A stretch of 32,000 nt of DNA, from assembly GCF_004358755.1 (NCBI RefSeq), contig NZ_SMZY01000001.1:1206796-1238795 (forward strand), given 5' to 3'. The translations under genes were made by a program, and so were the position numbers. The notes under the pieces were generated by a model. It searched no databases. It saw only the letters and a list, made by a program, of their open reading frames with translations, and had not been told where the DNA came from. The stretch's first letter is position 1, and each line of letters starts with the position of its first letter. Positions 24,233-32,000 of the stretch are shown here, piece by piece. Origin of the DNA: Peribacillus frigoritolerans. Its GTDB lineage: Bacteria; Bacillota; Bacilli; Bacillales; Bacillaceae.

Positions 24233-24501
24233 AAAAGTGCCTGAAAAATATCAGGATAATAGGGAAACCGGTTAAAATCCGGTGCAGCCCCCGCTACTGT
24301 AAGCGCAGATTCCATTGAGATGCCACTGACTTTTTAAGTTGGGAAGGTTCAATAGAAAATGAAGCGTGAAGCCAGGAGACCTGCTTTTAAAGATTGATTG
24401 CTTGTTTTTCGGTGGGAAAAATAAGTCAGGTATCCTTAGTGTGTAAGAATTTGCTTATTAAAGGCCTTGACTGACTTCCTATTCAGTTCAAGGTCTTTTT
24501 T
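24233..24501 (+). promoter_or_regulatory. Cobalamin (AdoCbl) riboswitch with a terminator expression platform
   Basis: The conserved core is read directly: AGGGAAACCGGTTAAAATCCGGTGCAGCCCCCGCTACTGT ... GCCACTG ... GGGAAGG ... AGCCAGGAGACCTGC. A hairpin (24463-24495) plus T6 follows, immediately upstream of cobO. Confidence 0.9.
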
Positions 24502-24532
24502 ATGTTTATAGACAAAAAAAGGAGATGCGGGA

Positions 24533-25081
24533 ATGACAGGGAATGATCAAAAAGGAAGAGTACTTGTTTATACGGGCAATGGCAAAGGAAAAACAACAGC
24601 GGCAATCGGTCTTGCTGTCCGGGCAATCGGAAGAGAAATGAGAGTCTCCATCCTTCAATTTATAAAATCACCCGAAAGAACTTATGGCGAAAAAAACGTG
24701 CTTGAAAAACTCAGCGGTGCTGAGATTCATCAGCTTGGCGCCGGATTCACTTGGACAAAAACACCTGATGTGCACCGAAAAGCGTTAAAATCAGCCTGGA
24801 GTATAGCTAAAGAAAAGATCGTAAGCGGCAAGTATGATGTTGTCATTCTTGATGAAATCAATAATGCGCTAGCTATTCAGAAATTCCCGGTTGATGACGT
24901 TCTGCCGATAGAGGATGTCATACATACGATTCAAAACCGCCCGAACCACGTTCATATCATTCTGACAGGAAGGGATGCAAAAGAAGAAATAAAAGAAATC
25001 GCGGATCTCGTGTCTGTCATCCATGTAGAAAAGCACTACTACGAAGAAGGTGTAGATGCCATTTATGGAATTGAATATTAA
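24533..25081 (+). CDS. cobO: Cob(I)yrinic acid a,c-diamide (corrinoid) adenosyltransferase
   Basis: VYTGNGKGKTTAAIGLAVRAIG...ILQFIK...ILDEIN is the CobO/BtuR-type P-loop pattern. AAGGAGA lies 7 nt upstream. Confidence 0.85.
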   Translation: MTGNDQKGRVLVYTGNGKGKTTAAIGLAVRAIGREMRVSILQFIKSPERTYGEKNVLEKLSGAEIHQLGAGFTWTKTPDVHRKALKSAWSIAKEKIVSGKYDVVILDEINNALAIQKFPVDDVLPIEDVIHTIQNRPNHVHIILTGRDAKEEIKEIADLVSVIHVEKHYYEEGVDAIYGIEY

Positions 25082-26606
25082 CGAACAAAACGCATTAAAA
25101 CTCATGATTCAAGGCACACATTCTGACGCAGGAAAAAGTATGCTCGTGACAGCACTATGCCGGATATTTAGGCAGGACGGCTATCAAACAGCCCCGTTTA
25201 AATCGCAAAATATGGCTCTGAATTCATATATAACGAGTGATGGCAAGGAAATCGGAAGGGCTCAGGGAATTCAGGCGGAGGCTGCCCGAATAGAAGCGAC
25301 GACTGATATGAATCCCATTTTGATCAAGCCATCAAAAGACATGGAATCTCAAGTGGTTTTTCATGGGAAGCCCTATGCAAATATGAGGGCAACCGAGTAC
25401 AGAGAGGATTTTTATCATTTAGGACTGCAGGCGATTAAGGATTCGCTGATGAAGCTGTCTAACAAATACGAAGTCATTGTGATCGAAGGGGCTGGTTCTC
25501 CTGCAGAAGTGAATTTAAATGACCGTGAGCTTGTGAACATGAAAGTAGCATCAATCGCAGAGGCTCCAGTGATTTTAATCGGAGATATTGACAAAGGAGG
25601 CGTTTTTGCAAGCCTCGTCGGAACCCTTCAGCTGCTGAGCGAGACCAGCCGGAACCGATTTATCGGGGTGATTATCAATAAATTCAGAGGCGATCTTTCT
25701 CTGCTTCAGCCGGGGCTGGACTGGTTTGAGGAATATACAGGGCTTCCGGTACTTGGAGTTGTTCCCTTTTTGCCGGACCTGGAAATAGATGGGGAAGATT
25801 CTCTTGTTTTAAGCCAGTATTCAAACGGCACCAACCACGATGCAGAGCTGGATGTGGCGGTTCTTAGTTATCCAAGATTATCAAACTTTACAGATATTGA
25901 TCCGTTAAGGCTCGAGCCTGATGTGAATATCCGTTTTGTTAAAAAAGCAGCGCATTTTGGAAACCCCGATCTCATCATTTTGCCTGGAACAAAAAACACG
26001 GCTGAAGACCTGCTGTTTTTAAAACAGACAGGACTCGATAACAAAATCTTCTCAGCTTATGAAAAAGGCATTCAACTTGCAGGTATTTGTGGAGGCTTTC
26101 AAATGCTGGGGGAAAAGGTAATGGATCCAAACGGAGTTGAATCAGATCATCAGGAACTGACTGGACTTGGGATTTTCCCTGTATGTACAACGATCTTTTC
26201 TGAAAAGAAAACGATCCGTTCTGAGGGGTATTGCTCATTAAAAGATTTTGAAAAAATTTCTTTAACCGGATATGAAATCCATATGGGACAAACAGAATCA
26301 ACACAGAAAGTGAATTCTTTTTCAGTCCTCTCGGGCATTGAAGACGGCTGTACCGCTCGAGATGGGCAGGTGTTCGGCACGTATTTGCATGATGTTTTTC
26401 ATAATGATGAATTCAGAGGGATTTATTTGAACAAGCTGCGGCAGAAAAAAGGGCTGGAACCGATTGAGCGCTCGCTCCGCTTCCGTTCTTTTAAAGAAAG
26501 CGAGTATGACAGACTTGCTGCCCACGTCAGAGGCACTGTTGATTTGAAAAAGATTTATGAATCAATGAAAACGTTTTATTTAAAGGGGGTGAAACAAAAT
26601 GATTGA
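25056..26606 (+). CDS. cobQ: Cobyric acid synthase
   Basis: LMIQGTHSDAGKS N-terminus, EGAGSPAE, and a C-terminal GATase domain (GICGGFQMLG). The start is ambiguous (ATG 25056 or 25065), and the gene overlaps the end of cobO. Confidence 0.9.
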   Translation: MPFMELNINEQNALKLMIQGTHSDAGKSMLVTALCRIFRQDGYQTAPFKSQNMALNSYITSDGKEIGRAQGIQAEAARIEATTDMNPILIKPSKDMESQVVFHGKPYANMRATEYREDFYHLGLQAIKDSLMKLSNKYEVIVIEGAGSPAEVNLNDRELVNMKVASIAEAPVILIGDIDKGGVFASLVGTLQLLSETSRNRFIGVIINKFRGDLSLLQPGLDWFEEYTGLPVLGVVPFLPDLEIDGEDSLVLSQYSNGTNHDAELDVAVLSYPRLSNFTDIDPLRLEPDVNIRFVKKAAHFGNPDLIILPGTKNTAEDLLFLKQTGLDNKIFSAYEKGIQLAGICGGFQMLGEKVMDPNGVESDHQELTGLGIFPVCTTIFSEKKTIRSEGYCSLKDFEKISLTGYEIHMGQTESTQKVNSFSVLSGIEDGCTARDGQVFGTYLHDVFHNDEFRGIYLNKLRQKKGLEPIERSLRFRSFKESEYDRLAAHVRGTVDLKKIYESMKTFYLKGVKQND

Positions 26607-27654
26607 TATTTATCAGCAGATAGAATCGATAAAACCTGTCAACAAGCAAAAAGGGCTCGAAGCTTTAGCCTATATTCATTCCTTAACAAAGCCAATGAAC
26701 AGCCTTGGAGAAATCGAAAAAATGGCTGTTCAGCTTTCAGAAATCACGTCTAACATAAAACCTGAAGTCTTTCCCCCAGGTGTCATCGTTTTTGCTGCAG
26801 ACCACGGAGTTACAGAGGAAGGCGTCTCTGCTTATCCTCAAGAGGTGACGGCTCAGATGGTCAAAAATTTTCTGAGTGGAGGGGCAGCCATAAACGTATT
26901 TACAAAACGGGTAAATGGGTTGCTGGAAATCGTTGACGCAGGCGTGAAAACAGATATTCCCGGTGTCCGCTCTGAAAAGATCGCATATGGAACAAAGAAC
27001 TTTACGGTTGAGCCTGCCATGACAAGAATGGAGGCAGTCCGCTCAGTGGAAATGGGAATGCAGCGAGCAGATGCCATGATTAAAAATGGCGCTAAGCTCC
27101 TGATCCTTGGAGAAATGGGTATTGGCAATACAACTTCAAGCAGCGCCATTGCAGCGGCCCTGAGCGGAATAAAGCCTGAGGAGCTTACTGGCAGAGGAAC
27201 AGGCATCGAGTCAAAGCAGGTTGCTTATAAAGCAGAAGTGATTCAAAAAGCTCTAAATAAGCTGAAGCCTGACGCAAATGATCCGATTGATGTTCTTGCC
27301 AAGGTAGGCGGTTTTGAGATCGGGGCGATGGCTGGCGCCATGCTTTACGCAGCATCAAAAAAAATTCCGGTTGTTTTAGATGGATTTATATGTACAACGG
27401 CTGCACTCGTTGCTTCAAAATTAAATCGGCATGTGTGTGATTACATGATTGCCGGTCATTTATCGGTCGAACCGGGACATCTTCATGTTTTGAATTTACT
27501 TGGGAAAAAGCCGCTTGTGTCCTTGGGAATGAGGCTTGGCGAAGGAACTGGAGCAGTTCTTGTCTACCCGCTGGTTGAAGCAGCCGCTGAAATGGTGAAG
27601 GGAATGGCAACATTTGATGCGGCAGGTGTATCAAAGGAACGTACAATAAAATAA
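26599..27654 (+). CDS. cobT: Nicotinate-nucleotide--dimethylbenzimidazole phosphoribosyltransferase
   Basis: KPxxSLGxxE, ADHGV, LGEMGIGNTT and MRLGEGTGA motifs are present. AGGGGGTG lies 7 nt upstream. It overlaps the cobQ stop by 8 nt. Confidence 0.9.
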   Translation: MIDIYQQIESIKPVNKQKGLEALAYIHSLTKPMNSLGEIEKMAVQLSEITSNIKPEVFPPGVIVFAADHGVTEEGVSAYPQEVTAQMVKNFLSGGAAINVFTKRVNGLLEIVDAGVKTDIPGVRSEKIAYGTKNFTVEPAMTRMEAVRSVEMGMQRADAMIKNGAKLLILGEMGIGNTTSSSAIAAALSGIKPEELTGRGTGIESKQVAYKAEVIQKALNKLKPDANDPIDVLAKVGGFEIGAMAGAMLYAASKKIPVVLDGFICTTAALVASKLNRHVCDYMIAGHLSVEPGHLHVLNLLGKKPLVSLGMRLGEGTGAVLVYPLVEAAAEMVKGMATFDAAGVSKERTIK

Positions 27655-27688
27655 AAAACAGACAATGACATAAAAGGCGGAGAAAAAA

Positions 27689-28678
27689 ATGAAAACATCT
27701 TTCGGCACTTATTTTCATCGTATTGCCCTTATGCTGCTTTTACTGGCAGGAATCCTTTCGGGATGTACACAGGGAGAACAAACTCAGCAAGCGAGCAAGA
27801 GCCAGGAACAAACTCAGCAGGCTGAAAAGAAGGAAGAAGCTTTCCCGGTAACTGTTACAGATGATGCAGGAAACGAAGTAACACTAGAGGAAAAACCGGA
27901 GAAAATTGTTTCACTGCTTCCCAGCACGACTGAAATGCTTTTTGCCCTTGGACTTGACAAGGAAATCGTCGGTGTCTCCGATTATGATAACTATCCAGAA
28001 GCAGCTTTAAAAAAGGAAAAAGTAGGAGCACAGGATTTAAATGCAGAGAAAATCATTTCCCTGCAGCCGGATGTAGCTTTTCTGCAGGATTATCATGCTC
28101 AAAATCATGGGGAAATCCTCAAACAGTTAGAAGCAGCTGGCATCAAGGTGTTTATAGTCGGCTCACAAAATTCATTTGACCAGGTATACACAGCCATCCG
28201 CACTGTCGGGAAGGCTACAGGAACGATAGATAAAGCAGACAGCATCATCGCAGATATGGATGCACAAGTTAAGGCCATCAAGGAAAAAGCAAAAGCTGTT
28301 AAAGACGAAAAACGCGTTTGGATTGAAGTCTCACCGCAGCCGGATATTTACACAACAGGCAAAGGAACATTTATGAATGAAATGCTTGAAATGATTGGAG
28401 CTGAAAATGTTGCAGCAGCTGAAGAAGGCTGGGTAAAAATGGACGAAGAGAAAATCGTCAGCAGCAATCCGGATGTCATCATCACTACATATGGCTACTA
28501 CGTCGACAATCCAGCTGATCAAGTTCTAAACAGAAGCGGCTGGAAGGAAGTAAAAGCGGTTCAGTCAAAACACGTGTTTGACGTAAACAGCGACATGGTG
28601 ACCCGTCCTGGCCCCCGCTTAGCAGATGGAGTTGAAGAGCTTGGAAAACTCATTTATCCAGATGTGTTCAAAAAATAA
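27689..28678 (+). CDS. ABC transporter substrate-binding lipoprotein, BtuF/FhuD-type (cobalamin/corrinoid uptake inferred from context)
   Basis: Lipobox LLLAGILSGC. The class III SBP pattern is present (EKIVSLLPSTTEMLFALGL..VGVSDY). It lies within the riboswitch-controlled operon. Confidence 0.8.
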   Translation: MKTSFGTYFHRIALMLLLLAGILSGCTQGEQTQQASKSQEQTQQAEKKEEAFPVTVTDDAGNEVTLEEKPEKIVSLLPSTTEMLFALGLDKEIVGVSDYDNYPEAALKKEKVGAQDLNAEKIISLQPDVAFLQDYHAQNHGEILKQLEAAGIKVFIVGSQNSFDQVYTAIRTVGKATGTIDKADSIIADMDAQVKAIKEKAKAVKDEKRVWIEVSPQPDIYTTGKGTFMNEMLEMIGAENVAAAEEGWVKMDEEKIVSSNPDVIITTYGYYVDNPADQVLNRSGWKEVKAVQSKHVFDVNSDMVTRPGPRLADGVEELGKLIYPDVFKK

Positions 28679-29708
28679 ACATCGGTTTCTCATTTTGTTT
28701 GCAGCAGTCTTTGCCATCATCAGCATGATATCAGGAGTCTTTGTGGGGGCGGTAAATGTTACCGTCCCTGATATTTTAAACATCATTGCAGGCAAAATGT
28801 TTCATCTTCAGCTGTTTCAGGGAGAAAAGAGTACAGAAATGATCATCTGGGAGATCCGGTTCTCTAGAGTTCTGCTCGCTTTTTTTGTTGGAGCATCCTT
28901 GTCGCTTGCCGGTGCTGCGTTTCAGGGACTGCTGCAGAACCCGCTTGCTGATCCGTATACGATAGGCGTTTCATCCGGAGCTTCTCTTGGAGCGGTCATC
29001 ATTATTTTTTTCCAAATTCAAATAACCATTCTCGGCAGTTTTACCCTGCCGATCATCGCAGTTCTCTTTGGAATGCTGACGCTGCTCATCGTCTTTGCTT
29101 TAACTCACTTGGCAAGCGGAAAGCTTACAAATGAAACCATTATCCTCGCAGGCATAATCATTTCTTCGTTTATCAGTGCGTTTATTTCCTTGCTGATTGC
29201 CCTGATTCCCCGTGAGGATATCAGCCAGATTCTCTATTGGATCATGGGAAGCGTTGCGATGAGAGGATGGGGGCACGTTCAATTAATCGTCCCATTCTTT
29301 ATACTTGGGGCTGCGGTCATTCTTTTCCATTATCGTGAACTGAATAACATGGCACTGGGTGAACAGGCAGCCCAATTTTCCGGAATGAATGTAAAAAAGA
29401 AGAAAACCATTGTCTTGATTGCGGCATCCATTTTAACAGGAAGCGCTGTAGCTGTGTCAGGAGCGATCGGATTTGTAGGACTCGTTATTCCTCATCTCGT
29501 CCGTCTCTTGGCCGGAGCGAATCACCGTCATGTTCTTCCGCTTTCTATGCTGATAGGAGGAGGATATCTTGTCCTAGCCGATCTGCTCGCAAGGTCCATT
29601 ATCTCTCCTAAAGAACTTCCAATAGGAGTCGTAACAGCGCTGATTGGATCGCCTATATTCACTTTATTGCTTATCAAAAATCGAAAACAGAAGAAGTCAC
29701 ATCTATAA
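28626..29708 (+). CDS. FecCD/BtuC-family ABC permease
   Basis: About 10 TM helices, with LADPYTIGVSSGASLGA and GxIGFVGLVIPHLVRLL motifs. The start is uncertain (28626, 28641 or 28662). It overlaps the end of the SBP gene. Confidence 0.85.
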   Translation: MELKSLENSFIQMCSKNKHRFLILFAAVFAIISMISGVFVGAVNVTVPDILNIIAGKMFHLQLFQGEKSTEMIIWEIRFSRVLLAFFVGASLSLAGAAFQGLLQNPLADPYTIGVSSGASLGAVIIIFFQIQITILGSFTLPIIAVLFGMLTLLIVFALTHLASGKLTNETIILAGIIISSFISAFISLLIALIPREDISQILYWIMGSVAMRGWGHVQLIVPFFILGAAVILFHYRELNNMALGEQAAQFSGMNVKKKKTIVLIAASILTGSAVAVSGAIGFVGLVIPHLVRLLAGANHRHVLPLSMLIGGGYLVLADLLARSIISPKELPIGVVTALIGSPIFTLLLIKNRKQKKSHL

Positions 29709-29720
29709 AGGAAGGAAGGG

Positions 29721-31070
29721 ATGCATATGCTGCAGGTCAATAATCTGACTGGAGGTTACGATGGGAAAAAAGCGGTCATCAAGGATCTCTCTTTTTCCAT
29801 CGAACAAGGACGTTTTTTTGCTTTAATCGGTCCCAACGGCAGCGGAAAAACAACAATCATCCGGTTAATTATGGGGGCATTGCCCGTACACGATGGGGAA
29901 ATCCTTCTAGGTGCAAAGCCACTGGGTTCATATTCTCAAAGAGAACTCGCTAAAAAAGCTGCCGTTATGACCCAAGAAAACGAAGCAGGGCTTGATTTTT
30001 CAGTTGAAGAGATTGTCATGCTCGGCAGATATCCTTATCAAAAAGCGCTGTTTTTCAAAGAAAACACGGTGGCGGACCTGCAAGCAACAGAAACTGCCAT
30101 GAAGCAGACTTCCGTCTGGGAATACCGCAAGCGCCCATATCATTCATTAAGCGGCGGAGAGAAACAAAGAGTGCTTCTTGCAAAAGCGCTGGCTCAGGAA
30201 CCGGAACTGCTTCTGCTCGATGAGCCAACAAATCATTTAGATGTGAAACATACGAAAGAGCTTTTGGAATTACTGAAAAAATTGCAGAAAGACATGAATC
30301 TGACCATCCTAGCCATTTTGCATGACCTGAATTTGGCATCACTCTATGCAGATTCGATCGGATTGCTTAACAACGGAGAGCTGGAAGGGAAGTATGAGGA
30401 CCTTCATCTGCAAAACGAGAACACCTTTTCAAATGTCTATGAAGTTAAGCTCAATTTTACTTCTCACCCATCTGTTTCAAAAACGCAAATTTCTCTCTCT
30501 CCTGATTATATGGCAGAAAAACCTGTCAATCTTCTGTCAGCTGTCCAAATTCAGCAAACAGAAAGGGCAGCATATATAAAAATGCAGAAACCTTTTAGAA
30601 CTCTTTCTGCAGGGGTTGACGGAAAAGGGCTTCATTGGAGCAGACAGTGGATTTTTTCCCAAGCAGAACAGTCAGATAAAGGAGAATCCATTTTTTTCTC
30701 AAGCATACAGCCTTATATTCTGTGGTCTTTAAATGAAAACTTGCCGCAAAATGAGCTGCATCAGAATTCGTTTATCGTAAATCAAAGCGGCTATACGTTT
30801 TGTGCGATAGTATCTCATTCTCCTTATGACGGGAAAGTGCACGCCGCTATCTTAACGGATGCACCTATAGACGACGCAAATTTAATTAATTTGGCTTTAA
30901 AACTAAATGCTGTCAAATGGCATGCTGAGCAGAACTTTGGAAAAATCGTTGTTGGCATTCAGAAAAAAGAGCAAAATCAAGCTGATCTAAAACGGATCTT
31001 TGAAGCAGCCGAAGATCTATTGCAGACAGCTCTAAAAAGACTGGAGACTCCTCATGCAGTCTTTCGATGA
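29721..31070 (+). CDS. ABC transporter ATPase (FepC/BtuD-like) fused to a CbiZ-like (adenosylcobinamide amidohydrolase-like) C-terminal domain of about 190 aa
   Basis: Walker A GPNGSGKTT, signature LSGGEKQRV and Walker B LLLLDEPTNHLD lie in residues 1-260 or so. The C-terminal part (FRTLSAGVDGKGL ... HAAILTDAPIDDANLINLALKLNAVKW) resembles CbiZ motifs from memory and is unverified. Confidence 0.75.
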   Translation: MHMLQVNNLTGGYDGKKAVIKDLSFSIEQGRFFALIGPNGSGKTTIIRLIMGALPVHDGEILLGAKPLGSYSQRELAKKAAVMTQENEAGLDFSVEEIVMLGRYPYQKALFFKENTVADLQATETAMKQTSVWEYRKRPYHSLSGGEKQRVLLAKALAQEPELLLLDEPTNHLDVKHTKELLELLKKLQKDMNLTILAILHDLNLASLYADSIGLLNNGELEGKYEDLHLQNENTFSNVYEVKLNFTSHPSVSKTQISLSPDYMAEKPVNLLSAVQIQQTERAAYIKMQKPFRTLSAGVDGKGLHWSRQWIFSQAEQSDKGESIFFSSIQPYILWSLNENLPQNELHQNSFIVNQSGYTFCAIVSHSPYDGKVHAAILTDAPIDDANLINLALKLNAVKWHAEQNFGKIVVGIQKKEQNQADLKRIFEAAEDLLQTALKRLETPHAVFR

Positions 31071-32000
31071 GCAAACGGTCCTCCTCATTATGATGAGTGT
31101 AATGCTTGATCTTTTAATCGGAGACCCGAAATGGCTGCCGCACCCAGTCATCTTTTTCGGAAAGGTTATCAGCAACATAGAAAGAGCATGGAATAAAGGG
31201 GACAGGAAAAAGCTTAAAGGCATCATGCTTGCTGCGTATCTGCCTTTTTCAGTTTTCATTATTTCTCTGTTTCTGCTAAAACTGCTTTATGCGATTTCTC
31301 ATCTGCTTGGAATGGCTATTGAAATCTACCTTATTTCTATGACCATCGCCATTAAAGGACTGAGGGATGCAGCAATGGAAGTCTATCATCCTTTAAAGTC
31401 AGGAGATCTTGCTGAAGCCCGGAAAAAACTTGGTTATATTGTGGGAAGAGATACTGACAAACTTCCTTCATCTGAGGTTGTGAGGGGAACGGTTGAAACG
31501 GTTGCAGAAAATACGGTGGATGCCATCATTTCCCCGCTGTTTTTTGCCATCATAGGCGGTGCTCCGCTAGCCCTTGCATACAGGGCAGTCAATACACTCG
31601 ACTCGATGGTCGGATACAAGAATGAAAGATTTATAGACTTCGGCTTTGGATCTGCAAGACTTGATGATCTGCTCAACTTGATTCCAGCCCGTATTTGCGC
31701 AGGGTGTATGTGGACAGGCAGTTTTTTTATAAAAAAAATGAGAAGAATACATGCATTATCCGTAACGAAAAGAGATGCAGCTAAGCATCCAAGTCCTAAC
31801 GGCGGATGGCCGGAAGCCATGACTGCGGGACTGCTCGGCATCCAGCTTGGCGGTGTAAATATATATGGCGGAATTGTCTCAGAACGGGCAAGGCTTGGTG
31901 ATCCGCTCGAACCTTTGACTTTCATCCATATAAAAAGGGCAATTCTCATTCTGAACAGTGCCTGGATTCTTTTTTTGACAGGTTATTTGATCCTATTTGG
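31054..32000 (+). CDS. cbiB: Adenosylcobinamide-phosphate synthase; 3' end beyond the window
   Basis: It is absent from the track because no stop occurs before the window edge. Translation from ATG 31054 (GGAGA 6 nt upstream) gives MQSFDEQTVLLIMMSVMLDLLIGDPKWLPHPVIFFGKVI...GRDTDKL...VETVAENTVDAIISPLFF...YRAVNTLDSMVGYKNERF..FG..SARLDDLLNLIPAR, the classic CbiB/CobD pattern. It overlaps the previous stop by 17 nt. Confidence 0.9.
   Translation, partial: MQSFDEQTVLLIMMSVMLDLLIGDPKWLPHPVIFFGKVISNIERAWNKGDRKKLKGIMLAAYLPFSVFIISLFLLKLLYAISHLLGMAIEIYLISMTIAIKGLRDAAMEVYHPLKSGDLAEARKKLGYIVGRDTDKLPSSEVVRGTVETVAENTVDAIISPLFFAIIGGAPLALAYRAVNTLDSMVGYKNERFIDFGFGSARLDDLLNLIPARICAGCMWTGSFFIKKMRRIHALSVTKRDAAKHPSPNGGWPEAMTAGLLGIQLGGVNIYGGIVSERARLGDPLEPLTFIHIKRAILILNSAWILFLTGYLILF

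Noticed and set aside
31434-31949. Minus-strand 171-aa ORF near the window end.
   Set aside because: It is antisense to the clearly recognisable cbiB reading frame (31054 to beyond 32000) and has no RBS.

Overview
This window looks like chromosome from a low-GC, endospore-forming Bacillaceae-type organism, judging by GGAGG-type ribosome-binding sites, hairpin-plus-T-run terminators and spore-type small proteins. No rRNA, tRNA, CRISPR array, transposase or integrase was seen. Left third: the 3' part of an OFA-type MFS transporter, then four cysteine-rich, low-complexity genes (1276-5253). These are a Cys-rich/Glu-Lys-rich protein, two paralogous beta-rich proteins, and a protein built from 13-aa HHCxCD repeats. 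I read this cluster as a candidate spore-surface module. A three-gene Gtr-like lipid-linked glycosylation module follows (polytopic membrane protein, GT2, GtrA; 5447-8565). Middle third: a PadR-like regulator and several hypothetical genes. It also holds a spacer-less tandem array of nine full units plus a degenerate tenth, alternating 51 and 52 bp (about 10305-10790), upstream of a PRK06851-like P-loop ATPase. Several small ORFs absent from the supplied track sit here, including an SspL-like small acid-soluble spore protein. There is also a coiled-coil gene broken by an in-frame stop and a frameshift. Recognisable enzymes here are a cysteine-dioxygenase-like cupin, a GIY-YIG protein, a CdsA paralog, a FAD oxidoreductase, a cupredoxin, an M20 amidohydrolase and a Dph6-like ATP pyrophosphatase. 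Right third: a clear cobalamin riboswitch (about 24233-24501) precedes a B12 salvage operon. The operon is cobO, cobQ, cobT, a BtuF/BtuC-like importer, an ABC ATPase with a CbiZ-like C-terminal extension, and cbiB running off the window. The most unusual items are the 51/52-bp array, the HHCxC repeat protein with its Cys-rich neighbours, and the ATPase-CbiZ-like fusion. All functional calls come from reading translated motifs by eye; no database search was run.
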